The notes under the pieces: generated by a model | Told to the model about the DNA's origin: nothing | What the model saw: the letters and a program-made list of their open reading frames with translations, nothing else | The model's database searches: none | Shown: positions 54,552-64,000 of the stretch, piece after piece | Layout of the letters: each line of letters opens with the position of its first letter | Position numbering within the stretch: the first letter of the stretch is position 1 | Made by a program: the position numbers and the translations under genes | Origin: a virus | DNA length: 64,000 nucleotides | Virus record (IMG/VR): IMGVR_UViG_3300025778_000010 | Location: 32,001-96,000 of that record | Direction: 5' to 3' (one strand)

Positions 54552-55071
54552 TTACAATTACAGCCTCAACTTGGCCAGTAACTTGAGATAGCCTTCTTGA
54601 TACTTCCCACTTACAATGATCACAATTTGCTGTAACTTCTTTAAGAATCCCGACCAAAACTTCTTGTTTACGCTCTGATTCTAAAAGTTGATCCGTCATA
54701 TCATTATTTTCAAGAACGCCAGCTTTGTTAAGCATTTCAATACGCTTTGCTTCAATATCAGCAATTAGCTTTAAAGATTGTGCTTTAACATTAAGTGCAT
54801 CTTGCATGTCTGCTTGCTCTACTGTACGCCAAGCTTCTTTGATAAGCATGCTGTAATGCTCATCTGCTCCCGCTAAAGCTTCTTTGGCTCTAGATTTAAT
54901 TGCTGTATTGTCGTGCACTAAATCTTTCCAAGTATTAATATGTGCTTCAACCTGAACACGTGTTAAATCTAAACTACGTGCGATTTGGGCGGAAGTATTA
55001 CCTTTTAGTAATTCTTCAACCACCTTGTTCATTTGATCAAATTTTCCTGCAACTTCTAATTCATTATCCAT
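54544..55071 (-). CDS. HTH protein, possible terminase small subunit
   Basis: TSAQIARSLDLTR HTH plus helical body directly upstream of terL. Confidence 0.55.
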   Translation of the reverse strand: MDNELEVAGKFDQMNKVVEELLKGNTSAQIARSLDLTRVQVEAHINTWKDLVHDNTAIKSRAKEALAGADEHYSMLIKEAWRTVEQADMQDALNVKAQSLKLIADIEAKRIEMLNKAGVLENNDMTDQLLESERKQEVLVGILKEVTANCDHCKWEVSRRLSQVTGQVEAVIVNE

Positions 55072-55243
55072 TGTCTGTTTTATAAAACCCTGATCCTTTA
55101 AATTGAATGCCTGCAGGAGAATAAACCCTAGTCATTTTATAGCCACAACTTGAACATGGGGGTACGTTTTCAGGTTCATTAAAGCCTCTGACTACATCTA
55201 GGCTTTCATCACATTCAATGCATGCATATTCATAAGTTGGCAT
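55064..55243 (-). CDS. FmdB family zinc-ribbon protein, leaderless
   Basis: Read manually: MPTYEYACIEC...CSSC...FKGSGFYKTD. Confidence 0.85.
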   Translation of the reverse strand: MPTYEYACIECDESLDVVRGFNEPENVPPCSSCGYKMTRVYSPAGIQFKGSGFYKTDNG

Positions 55244-55264
55244 ACTTAATTATACCTCTTTATA

Positions 55265-55591
55265 TTACTTCTTGTCAATTGCAATTTTAAGTAAGATTAA
55301 ATAACCAATCAAATCATCAATGTCGTTATCTCCAGCAAAACCTTGATTATTTTTTACACGATTTAATTTATCATCAATTCTTACTTTCAACTGTTCAATA
55401 TTGTCAGATTGTGCAAATATTCTGTTTGGCGATAAAGCTGAATCTCCATATGAAATGTTTTTTTCTATAAGAAGTTGTGCAATTTCGTGGCAAGCATCCC
55501 AAATTCTTTTGCCAGAAGGGGCACTGGTTGAGTGTAAATATAAATCATTACAACTAAATTGTCTAACATCTTGAAATACTGGTTTAAGCAT
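55265..55591 (-). CDS. MazG-like / DUF1599-type nucleotide-modification-associated protein
   Basis: KNISYGDS...RIDDKLNR...DDLIGY. Confidence 0.65.
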   Translation of the reverse strand: MLKPVFQDVRQFSCNDLYLHSTSAPSGKRIWDACHEIAQLLIEKNISYGDSALSPNRIFAQSDNIEQLKVRIDDKLNRVKNNQGFAGDNDIDDLIGYLILLKIAIDKK

Positions 55592-56595
55592 TACATTAAC
55601 CTTTCTGACCAAGTTTTAGGAGTTTTTTCTGTAACAAACTCAAGTGGCAAATGATAATCAAATGGCTTTGTACCCTTTATTTTAATCCATTCTACCAATT
55701 CTGTCAAGCCCTCATCAAGAGTTTTAGATGTTTTATAATTTAATAATTGTCTTGCTTTATCTGCAGAACAATTAGCATGTTTTACTTCTTGGGGTCTGCC
55801 TGGCATATACTTAATATTAAGATCAAATCCAATAATTTTAGCTAATTTTTGAGCCAATTCATTGATTGTAATAAATTCTTCGTCTGGTCCAATATTAACA
55901 ACTTGACCATCAACTACATCTGATTCACATGCAATCATTAATGGATTTGCTACATCTTCCCAAAAAGAAAAACAACGCATTTGATTTCCATCTCCATAAA
56001 CTATAGGCTGTTCACCTTTAAGCATACGGTTAATCATAATTGATGCTACATTTCTAAATGGGTCGTCATATTTTTGACGTGGGCCAATAATATTATGAGG
56101 AACAAGAATAACATATTTCATTCCGTGTGTTTCACAAATGTTTTTAATTAAAAGCTCTGCCCCATATTTTGCAATGCCGTAAGGATCTTGAGGTTTTGGA
56201 ATCATGTCTTCTTTAAATGGAACTGTATCTTGTGTGCCGTATCTAGCCATTGATGACATATGAACAAATTTTTTAACCCCGCCCCTAATAGATGCTGAAA
56301 GAGCAACTGTTGTAATGTGTGAGGTGTTGCGAGTTACAAGTGCAGGACTAAACACTGATAAGCCTTCGTAAGCAGTGCATGCTGTATGAACAACTAAATC
56401 TATTCCTTTAAAATGTTCTTTAACGGAATCAAAATCTCCAAGATCTTTTGAATAAAATTCAACACCAGTGGGTACATTTTCATAATAACCGCCAATTAAA
56501 TTATCAATACCAACCACAGAATGTCCACGTTTTAAAAACTCATCAGCCAAATGGCTACCCATAAATCCAGCAACGCCTGTGATTAAAACCTTCAT
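55591..56595 (-). CDS. NAD-dependent nucleotide-sugar epimerase/dehydratase
   Basis: TGVAGFMG, SSMARYG, YGIAK. Confidence 0.9.
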   Translation of the reverse strand: MKVLITGVAGFMGSHLADEFLKRGHSVVGIDNLIGGYYENVPTGVEFYSKDLGDFDSVKEHFKGIDLVVHTACTAYEGLSVFSPALVTRNTSHITTVALSASIRGGVKKFVHMSSMARYGTQDTVPFKEDMIPKPQDPYGIAKYGAELLIKNICETHGMKYVILVPHNIIGPRQKYDDPFRNVASIMINRMLKGEQPIVYGDGNQMRCFSFWEDVANPLMIACESDVVDGQVVNIGPDEEFITINELAQKLAKIIGFDLNIKYMPGRPQEVKHANCSADKARQLLNYKTSKTLDEGLTELVEWIKIKGTKPFDYHLPLEFVTEKTPKTWSERLM

Positions 56596-56596
56596 G

Positions 56597-57250
56597 TTAT
56601 CCTCTTAACCATTCATTTTCACGTCTTCTTGTAAGATCCCAGCCTTTAACTGTATAATCGCCTGATCTTTTCTTTTCTCTGTAATATTCTCCATTTTTAT
56701 TAAATGTTTCATGATTTCTATTCATTAATTTTGCATCGCTTTTAATTGTTTGTGAGCCACCGTGATCATCAACTTGTATTCCTGGACAAATAATACTGTC
56801 AGATAATCCTGATAATACCATCCTGTCATCATAATCGTTATCTTCAAAATAGGCTGGATAAATATATTCATCAAACAAACCAACTTTTGCCACTATGTTT
56901 TCTCCAATAGAAAAACAACTATAGTGTGCGTTGCTTTTTACAAACTTATTGGGGGAACTAAACGAATGCATCTTTTCTAATTCACCAGATCTAAAACTTG
57001 TATCTGCAGAAGAAATAAGCCAATAAGGAACATGGGGGTAAAGCTTGATGCCTAAATTCCATGAGCCTGCTATCCCTTGATTTGAAGGAAGATTTAAAAC
57101 TCTAAAGTTTAAATCAAATCTTTTAGGAACGTATTCTTCAATTCCATTATTAATAATTAATATCTCATTAATTGGATAATCAATTTCTTCAAGAGATTCA
57201 TCAAGCAAATCATATCTGTTTAAAACAGGAATAATTAATACTGGTACCAC
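56597..57250 (-). CDS. GT2-like glycosyltransferase
   Basis: IIPVLNR, SWNLG, VGLFDE...YFEDND. Confidence 0.8.
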   Translation of the reverse strand: MVPVLIIPVLNRYDLLDESLEEIDYPINEILIINNGIEEYVPKRFDLNFRVLNLPSNQGIAGSWNLGIKLYPHVPYWLISSADTSFRSGELEKMHSFSSPNKFVKSNAHYSCFSIGENIVAKVGLFDEYIYPAYFEDNDYDDRMVLSGLSDSIICPGIQVDDHGGSQTIKSDAKLMNRNHETFNKNGEYYREKKRSGDYTVKGWDLTRRRENEWLRG

Positions 57251-57423
57251 TACTTAGTCCACTTTCTAGGTTTCTTAATCAATTCAAATCTTTCTAAAGC
57301 CCGCTGAATTGTCATATGAGAGCATTTTGCTTCCATAGCCATATCCAAAACACTTTTCTTTTCAACTACGTATCTTTTGTATACCCAGTCTTTATTTTCC
57401 CAAGGTTTAAAATTTTTAGCCAT
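57250..57423 (-). CDS. small HTH DNA-binding protein
   Basis: Read manually: MAKNFKPWENKDWVYKRY...SHMTIQRAL. Confidence 0.7.
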   Translation of the reverse strand: MAKNFKPWENKDWVYKRYVVEKKSVLDMAMEAKCSHMTIQRALERFELIKKPRKWTK

Positions 57424-57432
57424 TATACCTCC

Positions 57433-57990
57433 TCACACGATTTCGTTGATTGCATACCAGGCGATCCCCGCAGCATCTGCAACATTGTCGGATTCAGTCT
57501 GGATGCCAAGCGTTCGCACAAAATCAATAGTACGCTGTTTTCTGCGTTCTCTGATTTTTCCTTTGATCCAGTTGTCGGATTTGTTTGGAAATTCAAGTTT
57601 GATAGCCTCTTTTTCAGCCTTAGTGTAGTTCTTGTTTCCAAGATATGATTGCCAAGTTATTGGATGAACTTCAACAACTTCCATATTATCACTAAGTAAC
57701 TCTCCCATTATAGCACCAAATACGTAAGCCATCTTCATTCCCGTTGCTACGGATTTGACTGAAATAGCTGCTTCAATTACAACAAAATCTGCATCAAGTT
57801 CTTTTTTAAAAGATTTAATTTTTCTTTTGGCATCAAGAATTCTTTCGTATACGTCTGAGCCTTCAAAATTAATTTCTCCCCATTTAACAGCTTTATCATG
57901 ATGCATAAGGCAAAATGCAAGACTATTTGTACTTGCATCAATACCCAATACTTTGTTAGATTTTGGTTTAACTAATTTTGCCAGAGACAC
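57433..57990 (-). CDS. RuvC-like Holliday junction resolvase
   Basis: VLGIDAS, VVIE, NVADAAGI. Confidence 0.8.
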   Translation of the reverse strand: MSLAKLVKPKSNKVLGIDASTNSLAFCLMHHDKAVKWGEINFEGSDVYERILDAKRKIKSFKKELDADFVVIEAAISVKSVATGMKMAYVFGAIMGELLSDNMEVVEVHPITWQSYLGNKNYTKAEKEAIKLEFPNKSDNWIKGKIRERRKQRTIDFVRTLGIQTESDNVADAAGIAWYAINEIV

Positions 57991-58270
57991 TTTGTACCAT
58001 TCTTAAAAGTTCTTGACGTTCTTTTTCTTTTTCTTCTCCTACGCATTTATCACAAATATTTGTAGTATTGTATCTACTTAAAACAACATTGCAATTTTTA
58101 TTTTTACAAATTCTTTTTGCTCCTGCAAGCCTAGCTTTTTTTTCGTAATATGCTTGTTTTAATTTTTCATTTGTTGCGATTCTACAACACTCATCAGAAC
58201 AATATTTTTGATTATGTGTTTTAGGAGTAAAATTTATACCGCTTGTACATTTTTTATAAGCACATTTCAT
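57968..58270 (-). CDS. Cys-rich hypothetical protein
   Basis: QKYCSDECC and additional Cys pairs. Confidence 0.7.
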   Translation of the reverse strand: MKCAYKKCTSGINFTPKTHNQKYCSDECCRIATNEKLKQAYYEKKARLAGAKRICKNKNCNVVLSRYNTTNICDKCVGEEKEKERQELLRMVQSVSGKIS

Positions 58271-59055
58271 TTTTCAAGTACCAAAGGTTCAATATAAACA
58301 TCGCCTTCTTCTGCTTTCATATCTTTCCAACACACTGTTTTTACAGGACAACCTTTACATGCCCACTGCGATTTTGTAAAAGTCCTCTCTGGCAAAGTAC
58401 CTGATTCATAAGCAGCATAAACTTTACGCATCCAATCCCAAACGTCATTAATAAGCTTTGTATTACGCTCATCCATATTAATTGGAATAATTAAAAAGCT
58501 GTTATCATTTTTGTTTTCATAAAAGAAAAATCCTTGATCTGCACCACGGATCTTCATGTATGTTAAAAGCTGTACTTTATGATAAGGGAGACCTTGCATC
58601 TCTGCTTGTCTAATTGCAAATACTTCTTCTTTAGCAGACTTGATTTCTCCTACTACTTCTTTTCCATTCCATTCAATAAATGTGTCTGCAAAGCCTCGAA
58701 TTGGTGGATCATCATGGGTAACTTCTGTTTCATTTGCTCTGAAGACTGATGTTTTAGCAAGGACTTTCTGAATGCGTTCATGAACATACGTACCGTTATC
58801 CATATTAACGACACCCATAGCATCGGTTTCATTTTCAAACTCAGCACCAGTAAAAGCAATGAACCAATATCTAGGGCAGTTACCATTACCATAGCCAATA
58901 CTACTAGGACTAAAAGTTTTCTTTTGAGTAAATTCATTTGGTCTCTTTCCAGCTAAAACAGCTTCTTCATACATATTTGCAAAAGCAATTGGATCAAATC
59001 CTTCTGGGTTAGACATTTTTTGAAATCTTAAGTTAGCTATTAAATCTCTTCCCAT
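58267..59055 (-). CDS. Cas4-like PD-(D/E)XK exonuclease
   Basis: CPR, GTYVH, D...EIKS, Q...Y, CKGCPVKTVC. Confidence 0.85.
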   Translation of the reverse strand: MGRDLIANLRFQKMSNPEGFDPIAFANMYEEAVLAGKRPNEFTQKKTFSPSSIGYGNGNCPRYWFIAFTGAEFENETDAMGVVNMDNGTYVHERIQKVLAKTSVFRANETEVTHDDPPIRGFADTFIEWNGKEVVGEIKSAKEEVFAIRQAEMQGLPYHKVQLLTYMKIRGADQGFFFYENKNDNSFLIIPINMDERNTKLINDVWDWMRKVYAAYESGTLPERTFTKSQWACKGCPVKTVCWKDMKAEEGDVYIEPLVLEK

Positions 59056-59382
59056 TTATGCCCCATATCTTGCTGAATACTTTAACGCATCCACCAATCT
59101 GTTAATTGCTTCTTCTGCTGTGTAATATACATTTTTCTTTTTGCTATTCTCCCCACCTTTTTCAAAGGTTGTGTAATAGCGTGACATTACTGCAAACTTA
59201 GCAGACAAAGCTTGCATCTTTACAATAAGGTCTGGAGCTTTAGATGACGGAACATCGGGCTTAGCAATAAGCTTAATGATTAGATCTAGGGCATAGTCAA
59301 GATCAGCATCATTCATATAAGCTTTAATATCATTAAACTCTGTTAGCTCACTGATTAATTCAATTACTGGTTTATCTGTCAT
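59056..59382 (-). CDS. hypothetical protein
   Basis: ORF in recombination block. Confidence 0.7.
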   Translation of the reverse strand: MTDKPVIELISELTEFNDIKAYMNDADLDYALDLIIKLIAKPDVPSSKAPDLIVKMQALSAKFAVMSRYYTTFEKGGENSKKKNVYYTAEEAINRLVDALKYSARYGA

Positions 59383-59385
59383 TTA

Positions 59386-59853
59386 TTACCTTAGATTCTG
59401 TTCAATAAAAATCTCTAATTGCTCTGGCTTAATTTGTGGATTAAAGTTTAAAACAGAACCATCTTTTAAAATCAAAAATTTTTCAAAATTCCATTCTATA
59501 TCAGCATTATTCTTTGAAACAGATTTTAAGTATTTATAGATTGGATGAGCATTTTCACCATTAACTTCAATTTTAGAAGCAAGATCAAAAGTAATATTAT
59601 AGTTCAAATTGCAAAAACTCTTAATATCTTCATCACTGCCTGGCTCTTGTTCATTAAACTGATTACATGGAAAACCTATAACCTCAAATCCCTGACTATT
59701 AAACTTTTTGTAAAGACTTTCTAGTCCAGCATATTGCGGAGTAAAACCACAATAACTTGCTACGTTTACAATTAATAAAACTTTGTTTTTAAAATCAGAC
59801 AAAGAGATTTCTTTGCCAGAGTTACTTAAATAACTATAATCATAAATATCCAT
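59386..59853 (-). CDS. glutathione-peroxidase family peroxidase (Cys type)
   Basis: NVASYCGFT, GFPCNQF, WNFEKFLI. Confidence 0.92.
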   Translation of the reverse strand: MDIYDYSYLSNSGKEISLSDFKNKVLLIVNVASYCGFTPQYAGLESLYKKFNSQGFEVIGFPCNQFNEQEPGSDEDIKSFCNLNYNITFDLASKIEVNGENAHPIYKYLKSVSKNNADIEWNFEKFLILKDGSVLNFNPQIKPEQLEIFIEQNLR

Positions 59854-60036
59854 TTATTCTAACTCCAGCACCTTAATGCAAAAAACACAAGGATCTCCGC
59901 CATCATCAAACTCTTGCATTTGCTCATCATTAAGCGGTGGGCCTTCATGAGTATCGCAGAACACATCACTAATCCAGCCCTGTTGGTAACCGTATTGCAT
60001 CCATTCATTAAAATCTAAGTTCTTATATTTGCTCAT
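59854..60036 (-). CDS. hypothetical protein
   Basis: CDTHEG...DPC motif. Confidence 0.65.
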   Translation of the reverse strand: MSKYKNLDFNEWMQYGYQQGWISDVFCDTHEGPPLNDEQMQEFDDGGDPCVFCIKVLELE

Positions 60037-60337
60037 TATGTGTCTCCCAACACTCTACTAATTGCTCTAATAACGCCCATTCGATAACAGCCAATCTAGT
60101 TTTTTGACCCTCTCCTCCAAGGATAAGCTTAAGAACTGGGTATTTATCCCTAGAGACCTTAAACGTATCCGTGCAAATTTTAGCCCAAATTTCCTTACTA
60201 ATTGAAATTGACTTTGCATACTCTTTATAGTCAACCACGAAATTATTCCAGATAGCATCACCTTTTTGATAATCCCCACGCCCAGAATTTTTTTGTGCTT
60301 TAGCACCATCTCTTTTTACTTCTCCACGTTCTGACAT
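60023..60337 (-). CDS. Hjc-like resolvase/nuclease
   Basis: SG...KGD...VDYK pattern. Confidence 0.65.
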   Translation of the reverse strand: MSERGEVKRDGAKAQKNSGRGDYQKGDAIWNNFVVDYKEYAKSISISKEIWAKICTDTFKVSRDKYPVLKLILGGEGQKTRLAVIEWALLEQLVECWETHNEQI

Positions 60338-60531
60338 TAAAGCTTAATCTCCGATTCATGATTTTTGCTACAATACCATACGACTGTATTTGTAACAACA
60401 TCATACTTGGCTTCTAATACTATCTCCATACATTCGTCATTTTGACAAGTAAATGTTCCAGACATATTTTCAAGATCTGCAAGAATTCTTTTTCTTTTAT
60501 GGCGATTTAAAAAATCATCAAGACTTGTCAT
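60337..60531 (-). CDS. zinc-ribbon hypothetical protein
   Basis: CQNDEC...CSKNH. Confidence 0.6.
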   Translation of the reverse strand: MTSLDDFLNRHKRKRILADLENMSGTFTCQNDECMEIVLEAKYDVVTNTVVWYCSKNHESEIKL

Positions 60532-61522
60532 AAATCTCCTGCTTAATTTTATTTGCTACATCTAAATTGTCACGCAAATATTCAACAGCTTTAGCACGAC
60601 CTTGTAATCTTTCTTCATTTACTGTATACCAAGCTCCGCCTTTTTGAACAATACCCATCATCTCCGCTGTATCTAGGATTTCTCCTATTGTATCAACTCC
60701 GATTTTATCCCCTTGGAAGTAAAAATCATATTGACCGCTGAGGCCCATTGGTCCAGTTTTATTGTAGTCAACGATCCAGTTAACGGGCCTGCCAACTTTT
60801 TGTTCAATGATCTTGTCACCAACTTGGACTCCAGACTTAATAGCATTTGCATCGGCTTCGGATGCCCAAAGCTTGATGACGGTGCTGGAGAAAAACTTAA
60901 CTGCCATGCCCCCTGTCGGGATATGCGACGCATGCATAGAACCAAATTGGTTTCTCTGCTGAGAAATAAGAACGAGTAGCGTATTTTTGTTAGCGTAGTT
61001 AAGCATTTTGACTGCATGTGTCATGTCCTTTGCTTCTGCACCAATCTGTTTGGTGTCTTCTAGTTTCTTAAGGTCAGAGCTGTCTTTTTCAAAATAGATA
61101 GCGGGTAGTAGTGCTGAGATAGAATCTACAACAATAATATCTACTCCCGCTTCCATTAATTGTTGTGCAACGTCCACCATATCATTAATTGATTTAGCTG
61201 GTGAATAGATAAGTGATTCTGAGTCAACACCTAAGCGAGCAGCCCACGCTGGATCATATGAAGCTTCTGCATCAATCCATGCACATGTCTTGCCTTCTTT
61301 TTGTGCTTGACCAATCATTTGTAAGCAAAAAGACGATTTACCAGCAGACTTATTTCCCCAAATAAGAACTTGACGACCAAACCCCAAACCACCCTTAAGG
61401 CCCATTGTTAAACCAATGCTAGGAGTCTTTTGTTTTTCTACGTTTACTGTTGTTGCTAATTGCAGCCTTGCTCTTGTTTTTGGGTCTAGCTTCGCTAGAA
61501 TTTCTTCTGTTACCATCGTCAT
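60518..61522 (-). CDS. recA: RecA/UvsX recombinase
   Basis: GNKSAGKS, WIDAE, IVVDSI, GGMAVKF, GAWY. Confidence 0.9.
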   Translation of the reverse strand: MTMVTEEILAKLDPKTRARLQLATTVNVEKQKTPSIGLTMGLKGGLGFGRQVLIWGNKSAGKSSFCLQMIGQAQKEGKTCAWIDAEASYDPAWAARLGVDSESLIYSPAKSINDMVDVAQQLMEAGVDIIVVDSISALLPAIYFEKDSSDLKKLEDTKQIGAEAKDMTHAVKMLNYANKNTLLVLISQQRNQFGSMHASHIPTGGMAVKFFSSTVIKLWASEADANAIKSGVQVGDKIIEQKVGRPVNWIVDYNKTGPMGLSGQYDFYFQGDKIGVDTIGEILDTAEMMGIVQKGGAWYTVNEERLQGRAKAVEYLRDNLDVANKIKQEIYDKS

Positions 61523-61679
61523 GCAAACTCTTTTCTAATTCAATAGCAAGTTCTTGTATAAAAAGAACTTTACTTTCAGATAACTCATCAATAATTTTGT
61601 AGACTGATTTTTTATCTTCTATTCTAATCACAAGAAGATATTCATTTTCTGTTCCTGCCAGTATGTACGCTTGGGACAT
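61419..61679 (-). CDS. hypothetical protein, near-leaderless
   Basis: TATAAT 9 nt before ATG. Confidence 0.55.
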   Translation of the reverse strand: MSQAYILAGTENEYLLVIRIEDKKSVYKIIDELSESKVLFIQELAIELEKSLHDDGNRRNSSEARPKNKSKAAISNNSKRRKTKDS

Positions 61680-61700
61680 AATATATCTATTATACCTTGT

Positions 61701-61967
61701 TTAAGCGTTTTCTGCTGGAGTTTCAGTTGCTGGAAGGTCTACCAATGCAAAAACAAGAACATTCTTCTCATCATCATGCTGAATTTGGATTGTCTTTCCA
61801 GAATAATTCTTGAGAACGTCTGCTACTGGAATCTCAGTAGTGCCGATCTGGTTAAGAATTGATGCACAAATCTGCTCAAGAGTAATCTGAACGTTTGTTA
61901 ACTCTTCATTTACTGTTGCAGCTGGTGTGCCTTCTGGTGCTGTACCTGTTACTTCTACATCTGCCAT
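61701..61967 (-). CDS. hypothetical protein
   Basis: GGAGGTG RBS. Confidence 0.7.
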   Translation of the reverse strand: MADVEVTGTAPEGTPAATVNEELTNVQITLEQICASILNQIGTTEIPVADVLKNYSGKTIQIQHDDEKNVLVFALVDLPATETPAENA

Positions 61968-61968
61968 A

Positions 61969-64000
61969 TTAAATCACCTCCTTAACATATAGGGTTCCGT
62001 CGTCCATTCTCGCAATTGCTGGATCACAAACAGTTCCTGGTTTCATTTTACCAAGTGCTGTTGTGTACATTTTTGGGAATGCAATGACTCTTTCTAAATT
62101 CTTATCAGAATCAGAAAGAATAATGTGTGCCATCATCTTGTTGGCTTTTGTTTTATAATGTGTAAAATCTAACACTAATCTTTTGCCACTATCTATCTTT
62201 AACTTATCTTTGTAAAGCCATGTAACAAATGGGTCATCTAACTTTTCAACCACTTCGTTAATTGTAACATACTTATGAATTCTATTGTCACCAACTAAAA
62301 AGAAATACATCATTCCTGTTTCAATTTCTGTATTTTCGGCATGGAATATACCAATAGACCCAGTATCATCTACAAGCTCTACACGGCTCCAACCTTGACC
62401 TTTTTTGATTGATTTAACCATAGCAAGCAATACGTAGCAACCTTCTTCTAAAAATTCTTCAAGCGGATTAACTTGAGATTTAATTGCGGGACTTAATTTA
62501 CCTGTATCAAATTTTGGTATACCAAGATATTCGTAAAGATTTTCATTTTCATTTCCCTTGCGTTTGTTATCTGGAAATGCAGCAGCACCAATTGTGTTAA
62601 GGGAGTCAACAGCACGAGAATTAATACCGCTGCCTTTTTCCATAGCGTGAGAGAGGAAAGATTTATAGTCAGCATAAGGTCTTGCACCGATAATTTTGCT
62701 ACCAATACCATCTGAAATATATTTAATATTAGATAAACCAAATCTTAATGCGTTTCCTTGTATGCTGAAGTCAAGGCTAGATTCATTAACATGAGGTAGC
62801 AATACTTTGATTCCCAATCGCTTAGCTTCAAGCAAATAGTCAGTACGTGCATCTTTATCTTTTTCATTTTTAAGAATGGCAAACATAAATTCAATAGGGT
62901 AATAATGCTTAAGCCAAGCAGTATAATAACTGAGCATAGAATAAGCAATTGCGTGAGAACGGTTGAACGAATATCCCGCATGAGCTTCAAAGTCATGCCA
63001 TAACTTTGTGGCATCCTCAACAGTAATATGTTGTGAAGCACCCGTGATAAATTGGTCTTTATACGCATCAAACTCACTCGCATCCTTTTTCTTTCCGATA
63101 ATCTTTCTAACCTTATCAGCATCAGCCCATGACATCCCGCCCAAATACACACAAGCCTGCATAACCTGCTCTTGATAAATAATTACACCATAGGTACGCT
63201 TTGTAAACTCCTGCATAATTGGATGTGCATACGTAATCATTTCATCGCCACGCTTACGCTTAATATACGAAGCACCTACAGTATTCATTGCACCTGGACG
63301 AACAAGAGCGTTAGATGCTGCAAGGTCTTCAAATGTACTGACACCCATCTTCATAAGTAGATTTGTGTATGGTGTTGCTTCTGCTTGGAATACACCCTTT
63401 GTAAAACCGCTTGATAAATCAGCAAATACATTCTTATCATCTAGCGGTATGTCTTTTAAAATTATATCTTTTTTCTTGTTTGTCTTAATAATATTAACTG
63501 CATCATCAATAACAGAAAGTGTTTTAAGACCAAGTACGTCAAGCTTAATTAGTCCCAGGTCAGCAGTCTGCTCCATATCATAAGCAACTACAGGTATACG
63601 TCCAGATACAGAGTCGTCTGGATCTTTGCGAGTTTCAATAGGGACATACTTGCTGATATCATCTTTTGCAACTACAACTCCAGCTGCATGCATACCATTT
63701 CCACGAATTTTACCACGTAGCATAGAGGCATACTTAGTTACCTCTGGATATTTTGCTCTAAACTCTGATGTGCTTTGAGATGACTCATATTCCTCAAATG
63801 TTTCAACACCTTTTAGGGCTTTATTAACTTCTCCTAGCGGTATTAAAAATGCACGAGCAACGTCACGAATTACGCCCTTATCTTTAAAATATGTATATGT
63901 AGAAATAGAGGCAACATGCTTAAACTTTTTACGCAAATATTCTTTTACTTCTCCACGACGACGGTCCATGAAGTCCGTATCAATATCTGGGAAGTCATTA
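61969..64000 (-). CDS. dnaE: DNA polymerase III alpha subunit, 5' part beyond window
   Basis: FPDIDTDF at the window edge, HAAGVV, KLDVLGL, YQEQVM, YSFNRSH. Confidence 0.95.
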   Translation of the reverse strand, partial: NDFPDIDTDFMDRRRGEVKEYLRKKFKHVASISTYTYFKDKGVIRDVARAFLIPLGEVNKALKGVETFEEYESSQSTSEFRAKYPEVTKYASMLRGKIRGNGMHAAGVVVAKDDISKYVPIETRKDPDDSVSGRIPVVAYDMEQTADLGLIKLDVLGLKTLSVIDDAVNIIKTNKKKDIILKDIPLDDKNVFADLSSGFTKGVFQAEATPYTNLLMKMGVSTFEDLAASNALVRPGAMNTVGASYIKRKRGDEMITYAHPIMQEFTKRTYGVIIYQEQVMQACVYLGGMSWADADKVRKIIGKKKDASEFDAYKDQFITGASQHITVEDATKLWHDFEAHAGYSFNRSHAIAYSMLSYYTAWLKHYYPIEFMFAILKNEKDKDARTDYLLEAKRLGIKVLLPHVNESSLDFSIQGNALRFGLSNIKYISDGIGSKIIGARPYADYKSFLSHAMEKGSGINSRAVDSLNTIGAAAFPDNKRKGNENENLYEYLGIPKFDTGKLSPAIKSQVNPLEEFLEEGCYVLLAMVKSIKKGQGWSRVELVDDTGSIGIFHAENTEIETGMMYFFLVGDNRIHKYVTINEVVEKLDDPFVTWLYKDKLKIDSGKRLVLDFTHYKTKANKMMAHIILSDSDKNLERVIAFPKMYTTALGKMKPGTVCDPAIARMDDGTLYVKEVI

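Noticed and set aside
58267-59055. Cas4-like gene as evidence of a CRISPR-Cas system
   Set aside because: No repeat-spacer array or other cas genes; it sits in a RecA/RuvC recombination block, as solo phage Cas4-like nucleases do
17418-64000. Inteins or introns in nrdJ, terL, recA or dnaE
   Set aside because: Reading frames are continuous, lengths are ordinary and no splicing or homing motifs are visible in the portions shown
1-64000. Stop-codon reassignment
   Set aside because: Conserved genes translate intact with the standard code, all three stops are used and no suppressor tRNA was seen

Overview
A 64-kb segment of a large, AT-rich, lytic-looking tailed phage (Caudoviricetes) of Actinobacteria. 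The host call rests on a whiB gene, a DnaE polymerase, leaderless genes and actinobacterial promoter motifs; a freshwater acI-like host is an inference. Layout: (1) 1-17.3 kb, minus strand: tail-fibre and virion genes, including a cassette with a U32-peptidase/methyltransferase fusion and a permease. (2) 17.4-24.2 kb: class II RNR, a glycosyltransferase, cell-wall enzymes and deoC. (3) 24.3-35.8 kb, plus strand: an early-like island of small genes with dense regulatory DNA. (4) 35.8-64 kb, minus strand: auxiliary and stress genes, five tRNAs, terminase and a recombination/replication block (RuvC, Cas4-like nuclease, RecA, DnaE truncated by the window edge). The strongest signal is non-coding. 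Nine early promoters match the actinobacterial PafBC (RecA-NDp) DNA-damage motif TGTCRG-N10-TAnnnT exactly. They sit in repeated modules with WhiA-type GACAC boxes, CRP-type palindromes, 9-bp-periodic repeats and DnaA boxes, which suggests a host-state-sensing early programme. Several unannotated structured RNAs are also present: a hairpin with three identical internal loops, a pseudoknot found twice, a promoter-to-terminator sRNA and an inter-tRNA RNA. Family assignments come from motif recognition by eye; no searches were run.
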